A stretch of DNA of 63,256 nt, filler included, from Candidatus Omnitrophota bacterium (GTDB lineage Bacteria; Omnitrophota; Gorgyraeia; Zapsychrales; Zapsychraceae), in the NCBI GenBank assembly GCA_015233495.1. It is 4 parts of 4 records of this genome, joined end to end, with 100 filler letters (N's around TTAATTAATTAA, not from the genome) between each part and the next. Parts side by side here need not be neighbours in the genome. Positions count along the whole stretch, not along the records: positions 29,920 to 55,309 come from JADFXQ010000022.1; positions 55,410 to 61,268 come from JADFXQ010000003.1; 2 more parts are not named here. The stretch is one strand, 5' to 3'. Position numbers and translations under genes: made by a program. Position 1 is the stretch's first letter; every line of letters begins with the position of its first letter. Below, in pieces: positions 49,266-58,706 of the stretch. Below the pieces are notes generated by a model. The model ran no database searches and was not told the DNA's origin. It saw nothing but the letters and a program-made list of their open reading frames with translations.

Positions 49266-52200
49266 ATGAGATCTTTCCGCGATCAAGTGTCAAAAAATGT
49301 TTTCTGTCGTTTGCTGAATGTCTTTCTCGCCTTTATTTTTGTTTTCAGTTCGCTCACTCCCGTATCCGCTCAAAGTTTGTTTTTGCCGCCTCCAGGCGCG
49401 ATGATCAATCCCACTGCCGGATATACCCCGACTTTGATCCGCGGTTTGGTTGTGCATCCGGAAAATCCTTTACAAATCGATTTTATTGTTGACGCGGGGC
49501 AGGAGCATTTGGCGGATGAAGCGTTTCAACACGAAACGCTGAAATTGGTCAAATATTTTATGGCGGCTTTGACGGTTCCGGAAAAAGAAACCTGGGTCAA
49601 TCTTTCGCCTTATGAAAAGGACCGGATTGTTCCGGACGCTTTGGGCAAAACGGAATTGGGCCGGGATTTATTGGCGCAGGATTATATTTTAAAGCAGTTG
49701 ACCGCGTCTTTGATGTATCCGGAACGGGAATTGGGCAAGACTTTTTGGGACCGGGTTTACGCCAAAGCGCGTAAACAATTCGGCACGGATGAAATTCCGG
49801 TAAATACCTTTAATAAGGTATGGATTGTGCCGCAAACCGCGGAGGTATATCAGGACGGCGCGAAAGTGATTGTGACCAATAGCCGGTTAAAGGTCATGCT
49901 GGAAGAGGATTATTTAGCCGCGCAAAAAAATGCATCGCCGCAAGCCGGCAGCAAGCAGAAAACGGCGAATAATGTGTCATCGGCGGCAGTACGTGAAGTT
50001 TTGCTTCCGGAGATTGAAAAAGAAGTGAATGAAGGGAAAAATTTCGCGAATCTGCGCCAGATTTATAATTCGATGATCTTGGCGGCCTGGTACAAAATAA
50101 ATTTAAAAAATAGTTTGTTGAGCAAGATTTACGTTGATAAGGACAAAATCAAGGGCGTGGACCACAATGATCCGGCTGTCAAACAGCGGATTTATCAGCA
50201 GTATTTGGACGCGTTTAAAAAAGGGGTGTTCAATTATGTTAAGGAAGAAACCGATCCGGTGACGGAAGAGGTCATGCCGCGGAAGTATTTTTCCGGAGGT
50301 ATGCAAATTTCCGCTTCGCCGGTTTTGAACACTCTGCGGCGACCGCAAAGGCCGGCAACCCTAACCAGCAATATCGGACCGACGTACTATTTTCAAATTG
50401 ATTTGAAAGACGCGGGAACCGCGGACAATCGACAGCCGCAAAACGTTACCGCTTCTTCTCCTTATTATGCGCACGAATTTACTCCGGAACAGTGTGAGTT
50501 ATATTTAGACGCGGAAACCAAGCGCATATTACCTGCGATAATCATGGAAAATCTGCGGGCCGGGGTTTTTAACACCGAGAGGCATTTAAAGGCCTTAACA
50601 CTTTTGGGGCATATTGTCAGAATGCAAAGTAAGTCTCTGGGAGCGCCGCCGCGTACTGCGGGCATCAAAATTTTGATTAAAGTTTTAAGAGATTGGGATG
50701 CGCCAGGAGTGAATGATGATAAGAAACGGGATTTTTTAGAAGATGTGTTATTACGGGACGCGGTTTATCCGGGAGGACTCATCAATTACTCTGATCGCGG
50801 TCACGCTTTAAATGCCGCGTTTGCCGAAGGGTCTAATCCATACGTGGGCCAGACAGTGGAGCGGGTGGAACCGGTGGATCGAACTGATTCACAATCTCGG
50901 GATTTTCGGGAAGATAACACGTTGGGAATTCGGGAAGCGAGAAACAATGTATATTTGATGCCGATAGGGGGTCTGGGTGATAGATTAGGAAGGCCGGACC
51001 GTCTGCCGCGGGTGTTAGTAAAGCAGGACTTAGTTACCAATCAAGAATATTTAAGGAAGTATATTCGGAAGATTTTAGACTCGCAAGAAGAATCGAATCG
51101 GCTGGCAAAAGCGGCAGATCCGCAGGCTACGCCAAGAAGAAATCCTTTAGTATTGATGACTTCGCCGAAAGTGCATGACAACATTGTCAGTTATTTAGAA
51201 ACGAATAATTATTTTGGGATGGAGGGGCTGACGTTTGTTAATGTGTCAATCGGTGAAAAAGTGGTTTGGCGGGATGGCGAATTATGGGTGATCAATACGC
51301 ATACGGATCAAATTAAGAGACAATGTCAGCAGATTGTTATTTTTCAGCAGGAAGATGTACCCGCGATGTTTGGGGTCCCGGGACAGTTTTTTGTGAAGTC
51401 GGATAATCCTTATAAGTTGGTAGTTAAACCGCATAATCATGGGGACGTACATATGTTAATGTATATGTCTGGTTTAGCGCAAGCTTATGCGGAAGCGGGA
51501 TACGCGCGTACGGTGGTTTACCAGGACACGAATGGAGAAGTTTTTAACGCGATACACACCGGGGTTGGGGCGATGGTGGCGAAAAAAAAGAAATTGAATG
51601 TTCTGACGGTAAAATTAAATCCCGGTGAAAAAGTGGGGAATTTGGTGAGGTTTAATCGGAAAGACGGTTCTTACTATTATAGCAACGTTGAATACAATGA
51701 ACGGGATATGGTTTTTGATGATCCGGAGATTAAGCGGAATTTAGAATTGCGGCATATATCGTCGAATGATTTTTTATCCGGGAATCTCAATGTTTTTATT
51801 ATGGATCAAGCTGCCTATGCGGAAATTTTGCAGGCAACACAGGGTTCGGTGGTGGAGATAGTTAATCCGAAAAATGGGATATCCCGGTTGGAGGCCCTTA
51901 TGCAGGGGATATACACGCGTTTTGAAGGGTCGGATGTGTTGGTCACGGATTTTTCGACCCGGCATATTTTTAACGCGCTTAAAAATAGTTTGGCTAACGC
52001 GCTCATTGCGTGGGCTAAAGGCCTGTTCACCGAACATGCTGCTCAAATAGAAGGGGAATTATACGCTGATAATCGCTCTCAGGCAGCTTTGGCGGGCATG
52101 ATTTTTAAAGATGAACAGGGGCAGACGATTTTTCCGGAGGGGAGAGATGATTTTGTTTTTAAAGGGGAATATCAGGTTGGGGTTAACGGTTTGAAAGAAA

Positions 52201-53018
52201 ATTTGGTAAAAGGGCCGTACGGAGTCCAAGATCCCAAAATAATTGATGTAGATTTTGCGCGACCGCCGGTGATTGTCAGAGGGGTGCCTTATAAAAGAGG
52301 CGCCAGAATTGTCTGGTCTTATTTATCTCCGCAGGAAGTCTTAAGCAAAATACACGGCGGGACAGTGGTGGGAGATTCTGTTATTTCGCTGGATGGCCGG
52401 GGGATTGCTTTGCGGGATGTGGAGGTGGACGGGGCTTTGGTGGTCCAAATCAGCTCGACGCAGGAATTGGAAATCAATGGGCTGAAAGTAAAAAATGCCG
52501 GATGGGAACAGATTGATTTGACGCCGGAGCAAATGGCAATGGCTACTCCGGATCAGCAAATGCGCGGTTATATCTTAGAACATCATCGTACTTTGCGCAT
52601 TGATTTAACCGATTTGCCCGCGGGTAAGTATCAGGTCAACTCGGACGGTATGTTGATCAAAATAAATAATGAGGGGATGCGGGAAGAGATCAGAAGCGTT
52701 TTTGAAGGAAGCAGTCCGGCGCAAAATGATGGGGAAGTCGGCGGCATCAATTTAGAAAAAACCTTCCGCAATTTGAAAATCAAACGCGATCGTAACGGCG
52801 TTCCTTTGCCTTGGCCGCAACAGCCGATTCAGGATATTCAGATTGAAGGGTTAGTACCGGAAATGAAAGGCAGGGATTTATTGCCGTCTGTGCCCGTATT
52901 TATGGGATTGGCTAAGCCGGATGATGTAGATAATGATTACGCGCAAATTGGCAATCAAGACCAAATGAGCCCGGGCAAGGAACCGGAGGTTTTGGAACTG
53001 GCTTATGCCAAATCCTGA
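49266..53018 (+). CDS. Large secreted modular protein: N-terminal scaffold + central UDP-sugar pyrophosphorylase-like domain + C-terminal GGINL module
   Basis: Signal peptide; WVNLSPYEKDRI, GRDLLAQDYILKQLTASL, RQIYNSMILAAWYK, PRKYFSGG; core GGLGDRLG, KPHNHGDVH, QDTNG, NVEYN, VNPK, RLEALMQ; tail GGINL..IKRDRNGVPLP. Confidence 0.8.
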   Translation: MRSFRDQVSKNVFCRLLNVFLAFIFVFSSLTPVSAQSLFLPPPGAMINPTAGYTPTLIRGLVVHPENPLQIDFIVDAGQEHLADEAFQHETLKLVKYFMAALTVPEKETWVNLSPYEKDRIVPDALGKTELGRDLLAQDYILKQLTASLMYPERELGKTFWDRVYAKARKQFGTDEIPVNTFNKVWIVPQTAEVYQDGAKVIVTNSRLKVMLEEDYLAAQKNASPQAGSKQKTANNVSSAAVREVLLPEIEKEVNEGKNFANLRQIYNSMILAAWYKINLKNSLLSKIYVDKDKIKGVDHNDPAVKQRIYQQYLDAFKKGVFNYVKEETDPVTEEVMPRKYFSGGMQISASPVLNTLRRPQRPATLTSNIGPTYYFQIDLKDAGTADNRQPQNVTASSPYYAHEFTPEQCELYLDAETKRILPAIIMENLRAGVFNTERHLKALTLLGHIVRMQSKSLGAPPRTAGIKILIKVLRDWDAPGVNDDKKRDFLEDVLLRDAVYPGGLINYSDRGHALNAAFAEGSNPYVGQTVERVEPVDRTDSQSRDFREDNTLGIREARNNVYLMPIGGLGDRLGRPDRLPRVLVKQDLVTNQEYLRKYIRKILDSQEESNRLAKAADPQATPRRNPLVLMTSPKVHDNIVSYLETNNYFGMEGLTFVNVSIGEKVVWRDGELWVINTHTDQIKRQCQQIVIFQQEDVPAMFGVPGQFFVKSDNPYKLVVKPHNHGDVHMLMYMSGLAQAYAEAGYARTVVYQDTNGEVFNAIHTGVGAMVAKKKKLNVLTVKLNPGEKVGNLVRFNRKDGSYYYSNVEYNERDMVFDDPEIKRNLELRHISSNDFLSGNLNVFIMDQAAYAEILQATQGSVVEIVNPKNGISRLEALMQGIYTRFEGSDVLVTDFSTRHIFNALKNSLANALIAWAKGLFTEHAAQIEGELYADNRSQAALAGMIFKDEQGQTIFPEGRDDFVFKGEYQVGVNGLKENLVKGPYGVQDPKIIDVDFARPPVIVRGVPYKRGARIVWSYLSPQEVLSKIHGGTVVGDSVISLDGRGIALRDVEVDGALVVQISSTQELEINGLKVKNAGWEQIDLTPEQMAMATPDQQMRGYILEHHRTLRIDLTDLPAGKYQVNSDGMLIKINNEGMREEIRSVFEGSSPAQNDGEVGGINLEKTFRNLKIKRDRNGVPLPWPQQPIQDIQIEGLVPEMKGRDLLPSVPVFMGLAKPDDVDNDYAQIGNQDQMSPGKEPEVLELAYAKS

Positions 53019-54156
53019 GTCGAAAAAAATCGTCCGGATATTTTCTTGGGCGTCGTTTTTAAATGATTTCGGGTCGGATATGATTTATCCGGTCTGGCCG
53101 CTGTTTGTCACCGGGGCTTTAGGCGCGAACATGGCGGTTTTGGGATTGCTCGACGGCTTGGGTGAGGCTTTGGTTTCGATTTCCCAGGCGGTGTCCGGAT
53201 ATTTTTCCGATAAACTCGGCAAGCGGAAAATTTTTGTTTGGGCCGGGTATGTGTGCGGGGGGCTGTCGCGTTTGGGCTATGCTTGCGCCACGGCTTGGCC
53301 GCAGTTGATTCCTTTTCGGATTTTAGACCGGGCCGGCAAGATGCGCGGCGCGCCGCGTGATGCGATCGTCGCGGATGTTTCGGCCAAAGATGAACTGGGA
53401 AAGAATTTCGGGATTTTACGCAGTATGGATAATCTGGGCGCGGTTTGCGGGATTATCTTCTGCATCGTCTTTATCCGGGCCCTCAATTATCGGAATTTGT
53501 TTTTGATCGCCGCGGTCCCGTCTTTGCTCAGCGCGTTTTGGATTTGGGCCGCGGTTAAAGAGCGTCCGGCGCCGCAGATCAAGGTGTTTAAAGGCTTGGC
53601 GTTTAAAGACCTTAATGGGAATTTGAAACTCTTTCTTTTTTTAAGCGCTTTATTTGCTTTAGGTTCTTTTAGTTATTCTTTCCTTTTAATCTTCGCCCAA
53701 AAAACCGGGTTCAAAGTCACTTGGGTCCCGGTGTTTTATTTGATCTTTACCGCGGCGGCCTCGCTGTTTTCGTTTCCTTTCGGCAAGCTCTCGGACCGGG
53801 TCGGCCGCAAAGCGGTTTTATTTATGGCTTTTCTGTTTTGGGCTTTGACCTGCCTGGGATTTATTTTATATCCGGGGGGATGGATGATGGCAGTCTGTTT
53901 TGTTTTGTACGGCTTGCATAAAGCCGCCTTAGAGCCGGTGCAAAAAACTTTTGTCGCCCAGCTCGCGCCGCCGGAATTGCGGGCCAGCAGTCTGGGCGGT
54001 TTTCAAATGGTGGTGGGCTTATGCGCTTTGCCCGCGTCTTTGTCCGCCGGATTTTTTTGGGATAAGATCAACAGCCTCGCGCCGTTTTATATTTCGCTGG
54101 GCTTAACCGCGGCGGCGATGTTTCTGCTTTTGTTCATAAAGGAAGAAAAACTCTAG
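53005..54156 (+). CDS. MFS transporter
   Basis: About 12 TM; SGYFSDKLGKRK, DRAGKMRGAPRDA, GKLSDRVGRK. Confidence 0.92.
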   Translation: MPNPESKKIVRIFSWASFLNDFGSDMIYPVWPLFVTGALGANMAVLGLLDGLGEALVSISQAVSGYFSDKLGKRKIFVWAGYVCGGLSRLGYACATAWPQLIPFRILDRAGKMRGAPRDAIVADVSAKDELGKNFGILRSMDNLGAVCGIIFCIVFIRALNYRNLFLIAAVPSLLSAFWIWAAVKERPAPQIKVFKGLAFKDLNGNLKLFLFLSALFALGSFSYSFLLIFAQKTGFKVTWVPVFYLIFTAAASLFSFPFGKLSDRVGRKAVLFMAFLFWALTCLGFILYPGGWMMAVCFVLYGLHKAALEPVQKTFVAQLAPPELRASSLGGFQMVVGLCALPASLSAGFFWDKINSLAPFYISLGLTAAAMFLLLFIKEEKL

Positions 54157-54183
54157 GATGATTGTCGGAATGTTTCCGAATTT

Positions 54184-55083
54184 ATGTTAAGCCGATGCAT
54201 TATTTTACTTATCGCAGCTTTGTTGACCAGCGTTTTATTTGTTTCGGCCGCGGTCTTGGATAGTCAGCAACGCCCTGTCAAAATCGTCACGTCTTTTTAT
54301 CCGCTTTATATCATGGCGATCAATGTGGTTAAGGATTCGCCCGGGGTTCGCGTTAAGAATCTTACCTCGTCGACTGCCGGTTGCCTGCATGATTACAGCC
54401 TTTCGGCCGCGGACATGAAAAAAATCGCGGACGCGGATATTCTTATTGCCAATGGCGCGGGCATGGAATCTTTTTTGTCTAGGATTACCGGCCAATATCC
54501 GCGGCTGAAAGTGATCACTCTCTCCGACGGAATCCCCTTGATCAAGGCTCCGGGGCAATCCGGGGATAATCCGCATATTTGGGTAAGTATTAGCGGCGCG
54601 ATCGCTGAGGTTAACCGGCTGGGCGTTGAACTGGCAAAGGCAGATCCGGGCCGGGCCGCGATTTACGCTAAAAATACCCAGGTGTATGTGAGCGCTTTGG
54701 AATCCTTACAGATAAAAATGCATTTTGCATTATTGCCTTTTAAAGGGCAGAAGATCATTACGTTTCATGAGGCATTTCCATATTTTGCCCAGGAATTTGG
54801 TTTTAAAATCGCGGCAGTGATCGAGCGCGAACCAGGCAGCAATCCCAGCGGCCGCGACATCGCGGATACGATTGATCTCGTGAAGAAAACCGGAATCCCG
54901 GCTTTGTTTATTGAGCCGCAATATCCGGCTTTGGCGGCCGCGACCATCAGCCGGGAAACCGGGGCGCGTTTGTATACGCTGGATCCGGCAGTCACCGGCC
55001 CGATGACCGCGGACGCGTACATTCAGATCATGGAAAAAAATTTGCAGGTTATGAAACAGGCGCTGCAAGCAGAAGTACAATAA
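54184..55083 (+). CDS. Metal (Zn/Mn) ABC transporter substrate-binding protein (ZnuA/TroA family)
   Basis: TSFYPL, CLHDY, NPHIW, FHEAFPYFA, LDP. Confidence 0.9.
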   Translation: MLSRCIILLIAALLTSVLFVSAAVLDSQQRPVKIVTSFYPLYIMAINVVKDSPGVRVKNLTSSTAGCLHDYSLSAADMKKIADADILIANGAGMESFLSRITGQYPRLKVITLSDGIPLIKAPGQSGDNPHIWVSISGAIAEVNRLGVELAKADPGRAAIYAKNTQVYVSALESLQIKMHFALLPFKGQKIITFHEAFPYFAQEFGFKIAAVIEREPGSNPSGRDIADTIDLVKKTGIPALFIEPQYPALAAATISRETGARLYTLDPAVTGPMTADAYIQIMEKNLQVMKQALQAEVQ

Positions 55084-55164
55084 AGGTGACGGACACTTTT
55101 TCTGACGCAGATCGATCAAAAAAATCGAGGCTCAGCTTAAGAAAAAGTGTCCGTCACCTTTATT
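55079..55164. repeat. Perfect 25-bp inverted repeat (REPIN-like or bidirectional terminator)
   Basis: AATAAAGGTGACGGACACTTTTTCT (55079-55103) and AGAAAAAGTGTCCGTCACCTTTATT (55140-55164). Confidence 0.9.
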
Positions 55165-55309
55165 ACACGATCCCCGGAAATAAGGGAACGGTCAATAGAT
55201 CCTTACCCCCTTGATTCATAAGAACATGCTTCATGCGAAGCAATTTATCGAGATCAACAGGTGGTACCAAGAGCAGTTGTTGATTTAAGTCAGGTTTCTT
55301 TTCAAGAGC
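55163..55309 (-). CDS. Possible 3' end of a convergent gene cut by the contig end
   Basis: 48-codon open frame ALEKKPDL...PLFPGIV* whose stop overlaps the inverted repeat; no family recognised. Confidence 0.3.
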   Translation of the reverse strand, partial: ALEKKPDLNQQLLLVPPVDLDKLLRMKHVLMNQGGKDLLTVPLFPGIV

Positions 55310-55409
55310 NNNNNNNNNNNNNNNNNNNNNNNNNNNNNNNNNNNNNNNNNNNNTTAATTAATTAANNNNNNNNNNNNNNNNNNNNNNNNNNNNNNNNNNN
55401 NNNNNNNNN
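55310..55409. other. Artificial contig spacer
   Basis: N run with TTAATTAATTAA. Confidence 0.98.
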
Positions 55410-55773
55410 ACTGCTGTTTCCAAGCCCATAAACGCGTGAGCATCGCTTCCCGGCCGATATCCTGCCGCCGCAAACCTTCTTTCGCCAATTGTTTTTCCAC
55501 AACGTTTTGCGTGGCAATGCCCGCGTGGTCTGTACCCGGCATCCACAAAGCTTCAAATCCCTTCATCCTTTTATACCGGACAATAATATCCTGCAAGGTA
55601 TTGTTAAGCGCGTGTCCCATATGCAAAATCCCCGTCACATTGGGCGGCGGGATCACGACCGTAAACGGTTTTTTCGCGGCAGTCCGGTTGGCGTGAAAAC
55701 AATTCTTTTCCACCCAGATCCTACCCCATTTCGCGTCAACCTCTTTAAAATTAAAACGCGGTTCCAGTTCCAT
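55410..55773 (-). CDS. valS: Valine--tRNA ligase, N-terminal part (3' truncated)
   Basis: PPPNVTGILHMGHAL, WMPGTDHAGIATQNVVEK. Confidence 0.95.
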
Positions 55774-55892
55774 AATTATAAAATAACGCGGTCAGTAACT
55801 AACCAACCGCGTTATCCTTGGTTTAATCAATCCGGTTAAAAAGCATCAGAAAATATTATCCTGTTCAATGAATCCCTTTGGTTTAGCCGGCT

Positions 55893-57458
55893 TCACTTTT
55901 TGGCTTTTAACAATTTATATTCAATACTGTCCGTCAACGCTTCCCAACTGGCCTCAATAATATTTTCATGCACCCCCACGGTGGTCCAAGAATCATGCAA
56001 ATCTTGCGACTCGATCAAAACGCGCACTTTGGCGGCCGTGCCTTCTTGCGGGTCAAGAACGCGCACTTTATAATCACGCAAGTGCATTTCTTGCAACTGG
56101 GGATAAAACGGCAAAAGCGCGGTGCGCAGCGCCCGGTCTAAAGCGTCCACCGGGCCGTCACCCGTCGAAGCGTTGAATCTTTCTTCCCCATTGACGGCCA
56201 AACGCACTGTCGCCTCGGCGAAAACTTTACCGTCAAATCGTTTTTCTGTGGACACTTTAAACCCTTCCAATTTAAAAAAAGGTTTATAACGGGTCAGGGT
56301 CCGTTTGAGCATAAGTTCGAACGAAGCATCCGCGGCTTCAAACTGATATCCCTGCCGTTCTTTTTCTTGCATTTGCTTAAGCAAGGCCTTGGCTTGCGGC
56401 GACTTTTTATCCAATTTAAAATTCAATTTTTCCGCTTTGAGGACAATCGGCATTTTCCCTGCCAATTCCGAGGTGACGAACCGGCGGTGGTTGCCAAAAA
56501 CTTCCGGAGCAATATGCTCATAGGCCGCGGGGTTTTTAATAACCGCGTCAATATGGACGCCGCCTTTATGCGCGAACGCCGAATGACCGATGAACGGCGC
56601 GCTATCGGACAACTTAATGTTGCTTACCTCTCCGATAAAATAAGCCGCGTCCATCAATTTGCTGATATTTTTATCCGGTATGGATTTGCGTTGGAGTTTG
56701 GAATAAAGAATCCCGATAATTGTGCCGAGATCCGCGTTACCGCAGCGTTCGCCTAACCCGACAAACGTTCCTTGAACCTGAATGCAACCCGCTTCGACGG
56801 CGGCAATGCTGTTCGCCACCGCCATATCCAAATCATTATGACAATGAATCCCCAAAGGAATGTGAATGCCGTTTTTCAGGCTCAGCACGGTTTTCCGGAT
56901 ATCCTCGGGTAAAAAGCCGCCATTGGTGTCACACAGAATGAGGACATCCGCGCCGGCATCTTGCGCGGCATGCAAGGTCCGCATGGCATATTCAGGATTA
57001 TGGCGGAATCCGTCGAAAAAATGTTCCGCGTCGTAAAAAACTTCCTTATTTTTTTTCTTGAGAAACCGAACCGAATCGTGAATCATCATCAGGTTTTCTT
57101 CCAAAGTCGTCTTCAAAACGTCCGTGACGTGCAAATCCCAGGTCTTCCCGAAAATCGTGATCGTTTCAGCCTGGCTTTTGATCAAGGCCAGCAGATTGGC
57201 GTCTTCGATGGGTTTGATCCCGCAGCGCCGGGTAGAACCAAAAGCGGCAATCACCGCGTGGCGAGTTTTGTTTTCGGCAAAATGCCGGAAAAATTCCTGG
57301 TCTTTCGGGTTTGATCCCGGCCAGCCGCCCTCGATGTAAGCGACACCGATTTCATCAAGCCTGCGGGCGATCTTAATCTTGTCTTCGACAGAAAAAGATA
57401 TCCCTTCGGTTTGAGAACCGTCCCGCAGTGTGGTATCGTAAATAACAATTCTCTCCAT
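55893..57458 (-). CDS. cimA: Citramalate synthase
   Basis: YDTTLRDGSQ, EGGWPGSNPKD, YDAEHFFDG, FAHKGGVH, YQFEAADASF, WTTVGVHENIIEAS. Confidence 0.93.
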   Translation of the reverse strand: MERIVIYDTTLRDGSQTEGISFSVEDKIKIARRLDEIGVAYIEGGWPGSNPKDQEFFRHFAENKTRHAVIAAFGSTRRCGIKPIEDANLLALIKSQAETITIFGKTWDLHVTDVLKTTLEENLMMIHDSVRFLKKKNKEVFYDAEHFFDGFRHNPEYAMRTLHAAQDAGADVLILCDTNGGFLPEDIRKTVLSLKNGIHIPLGIHCHNDLDMAVANSIAAVEAGCIQVQGTFVGLGERCGNADLGTIIGILYSKLQRKSIPDKNISKLMDAAYFIGEVSNIKLSDSAPFIGHSAFAHKGGVHIDAVIKNPAAYEHIAPEVFGNHRRFVTSELAGKMPIVLKAEKLNFKLDKKSPQAKALLKQMQEKERQGYQFEAADASFELMLKRTLTRYKPFFKLEGFKVSTEKRFDGKVFAEATVRLAVNGEERFNASTGDGPVDALDRALRTALLPFYPQLQEMHLRDYKVRVLDPQEGTAAKVRVLIESQDLHDSWTTVGVHENIIEASWEALTDSIEYKLLKAKK

Positions 57459-57479
57459 CGGATTTCCCCTGCCAACGGG

Positions 57480-58706
57480 TTATTGGATTTTTTCCAATTC
57501 AAACGCCGCGTGCAAAGCCTGCACCGCCGCGTCGACCTGAACTTCTTTGATGATACACGATATGCTGATTTCGGATGTGGTGATCATCTCGATATTGATT
57601 TTATGCGCCGCGAGGGCTTTGAACATTTTCGCGGCAATGCCTTGGTGCGACCGCATCCCAGACCCGACGATCGAAACCCGGGCTATGGTTTTATCGCTGT
57701 TCACCTCGCCGGCCTTAATCTCCCCAGCGATTTTTTCCGCGGCCGCGAGCGCTTTACTCAATTCGGGCTTAGGAACAGTAAACGAAATGTCCGTAGTTTT
57801 TTGTTCGCTAACGTTTTGGACAATAACATCGACATTTGCCCCGGCAGAAGCAATTTCGGTAAAGATCAATGCCGCCACACCCGGTTTATCCGGAACGGAA
57901 CGGATCGTAATCTTGGCTTCGTTTTTATTGCAGGTGACGCCGCTTACCACAATATCTTCCAACTTATTAGTCTTCTTCACAATCATGGTCCCTTCCTCCT
58001 TAGAAAAACTCGACCGCACATGCAGCGGAATGTTATACCGTCGGGCCACTTCGATTGAACGCGCCTGCATCACCTGCGCGCCCAACGAGGCCATTTCCAG
58101 CATCTCATCAAAAGTGATTTCCCGAAGTTTTTTCGCTTCCTTCACTTTCCGCGGATCTGTGGTATAAATCCCCTCCACATCCGTATAAATTTCACAAACA
58201 TCCGCCTTCAACGAATACGCCAACGCGACCGCGGTCAGATCCGATCCCCCCCGGCCCAAGGTGGTGATGTCCTGATCCGCGTTCACCCCCTGAAATCCGG
58301 CCACAATAACAACTTTCCCTTGACCTAAGGCTTTCCGGATGCGTTGCCCGTTGATTTTTTTGATCTTGGCTTTCGTATGAATTTCATCGGTTAAAATGCC
58401 GACCTGTTGTCCGGTGAACGAAATCGCTTCCAAACCCAAATGGCTGACCGCCATGGCCATAAGCGCGCAGGAAATCTGCTCTCCCGTAGACATCAGCATA
58501 TCCATCTCGCGTTCCGGCGGCTTAGCGGTGATCTCCAACGCTTTTTGTTCCAATTCATCCGTGGTGTCGCCTTGAGCGGAAACCACCGCGACCACATCAT
58601 ACCCGAGTCGTTTAGCGGCCGCGATGCGGTTGGCGACATTTTTAATTTTCTCAGTATTCGCGACGGAAGATCCGCCGAATTTTTGCACAATAAGTTTACT
58701 TTTCAT
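57480..58706 (-). CDS. lysC: Aspartate kinase
   Basis: QKFGGSSV, TTLGRGGSD, YTDVEG, two ACT domains (TSEISIS). Confidence 0.95.
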   Translation of the reverse strand: MKSKLIVQKFGGSSVANTEKIKNVANRIAAAKRLGYDVVAVVSAQGDTTDELEQKALEITAKPPEREMDMLMSTGEQISCALMAMAVSHLGLEAISFTGQQVGILTDEIHTKAKIKKINGQRIRKALGQGKVVIVAGFQGVNADQDITTLGRGGSDLTAVALAYSLKADVCEIYTDVEGIYTTDPRKVKEAKKLREITFDEMLEMASLGAQVMQARSIEVARRYNIPLHVRSSFSKEEGTMIVKKTNKLEDIVVSGVTCNKNEAKITIRSVPDKPGVAALIFTEIASAGANVDVIVQNVSEQKTTDISFTVPKPELSKALAAAEKIAGEIKAGEVNSDKTIARVSIVGSGMRSHQGIAAKMFKALAAHKINIEMITTSEISISCIIKEVQVDAAVQALHAAFELEKIQ

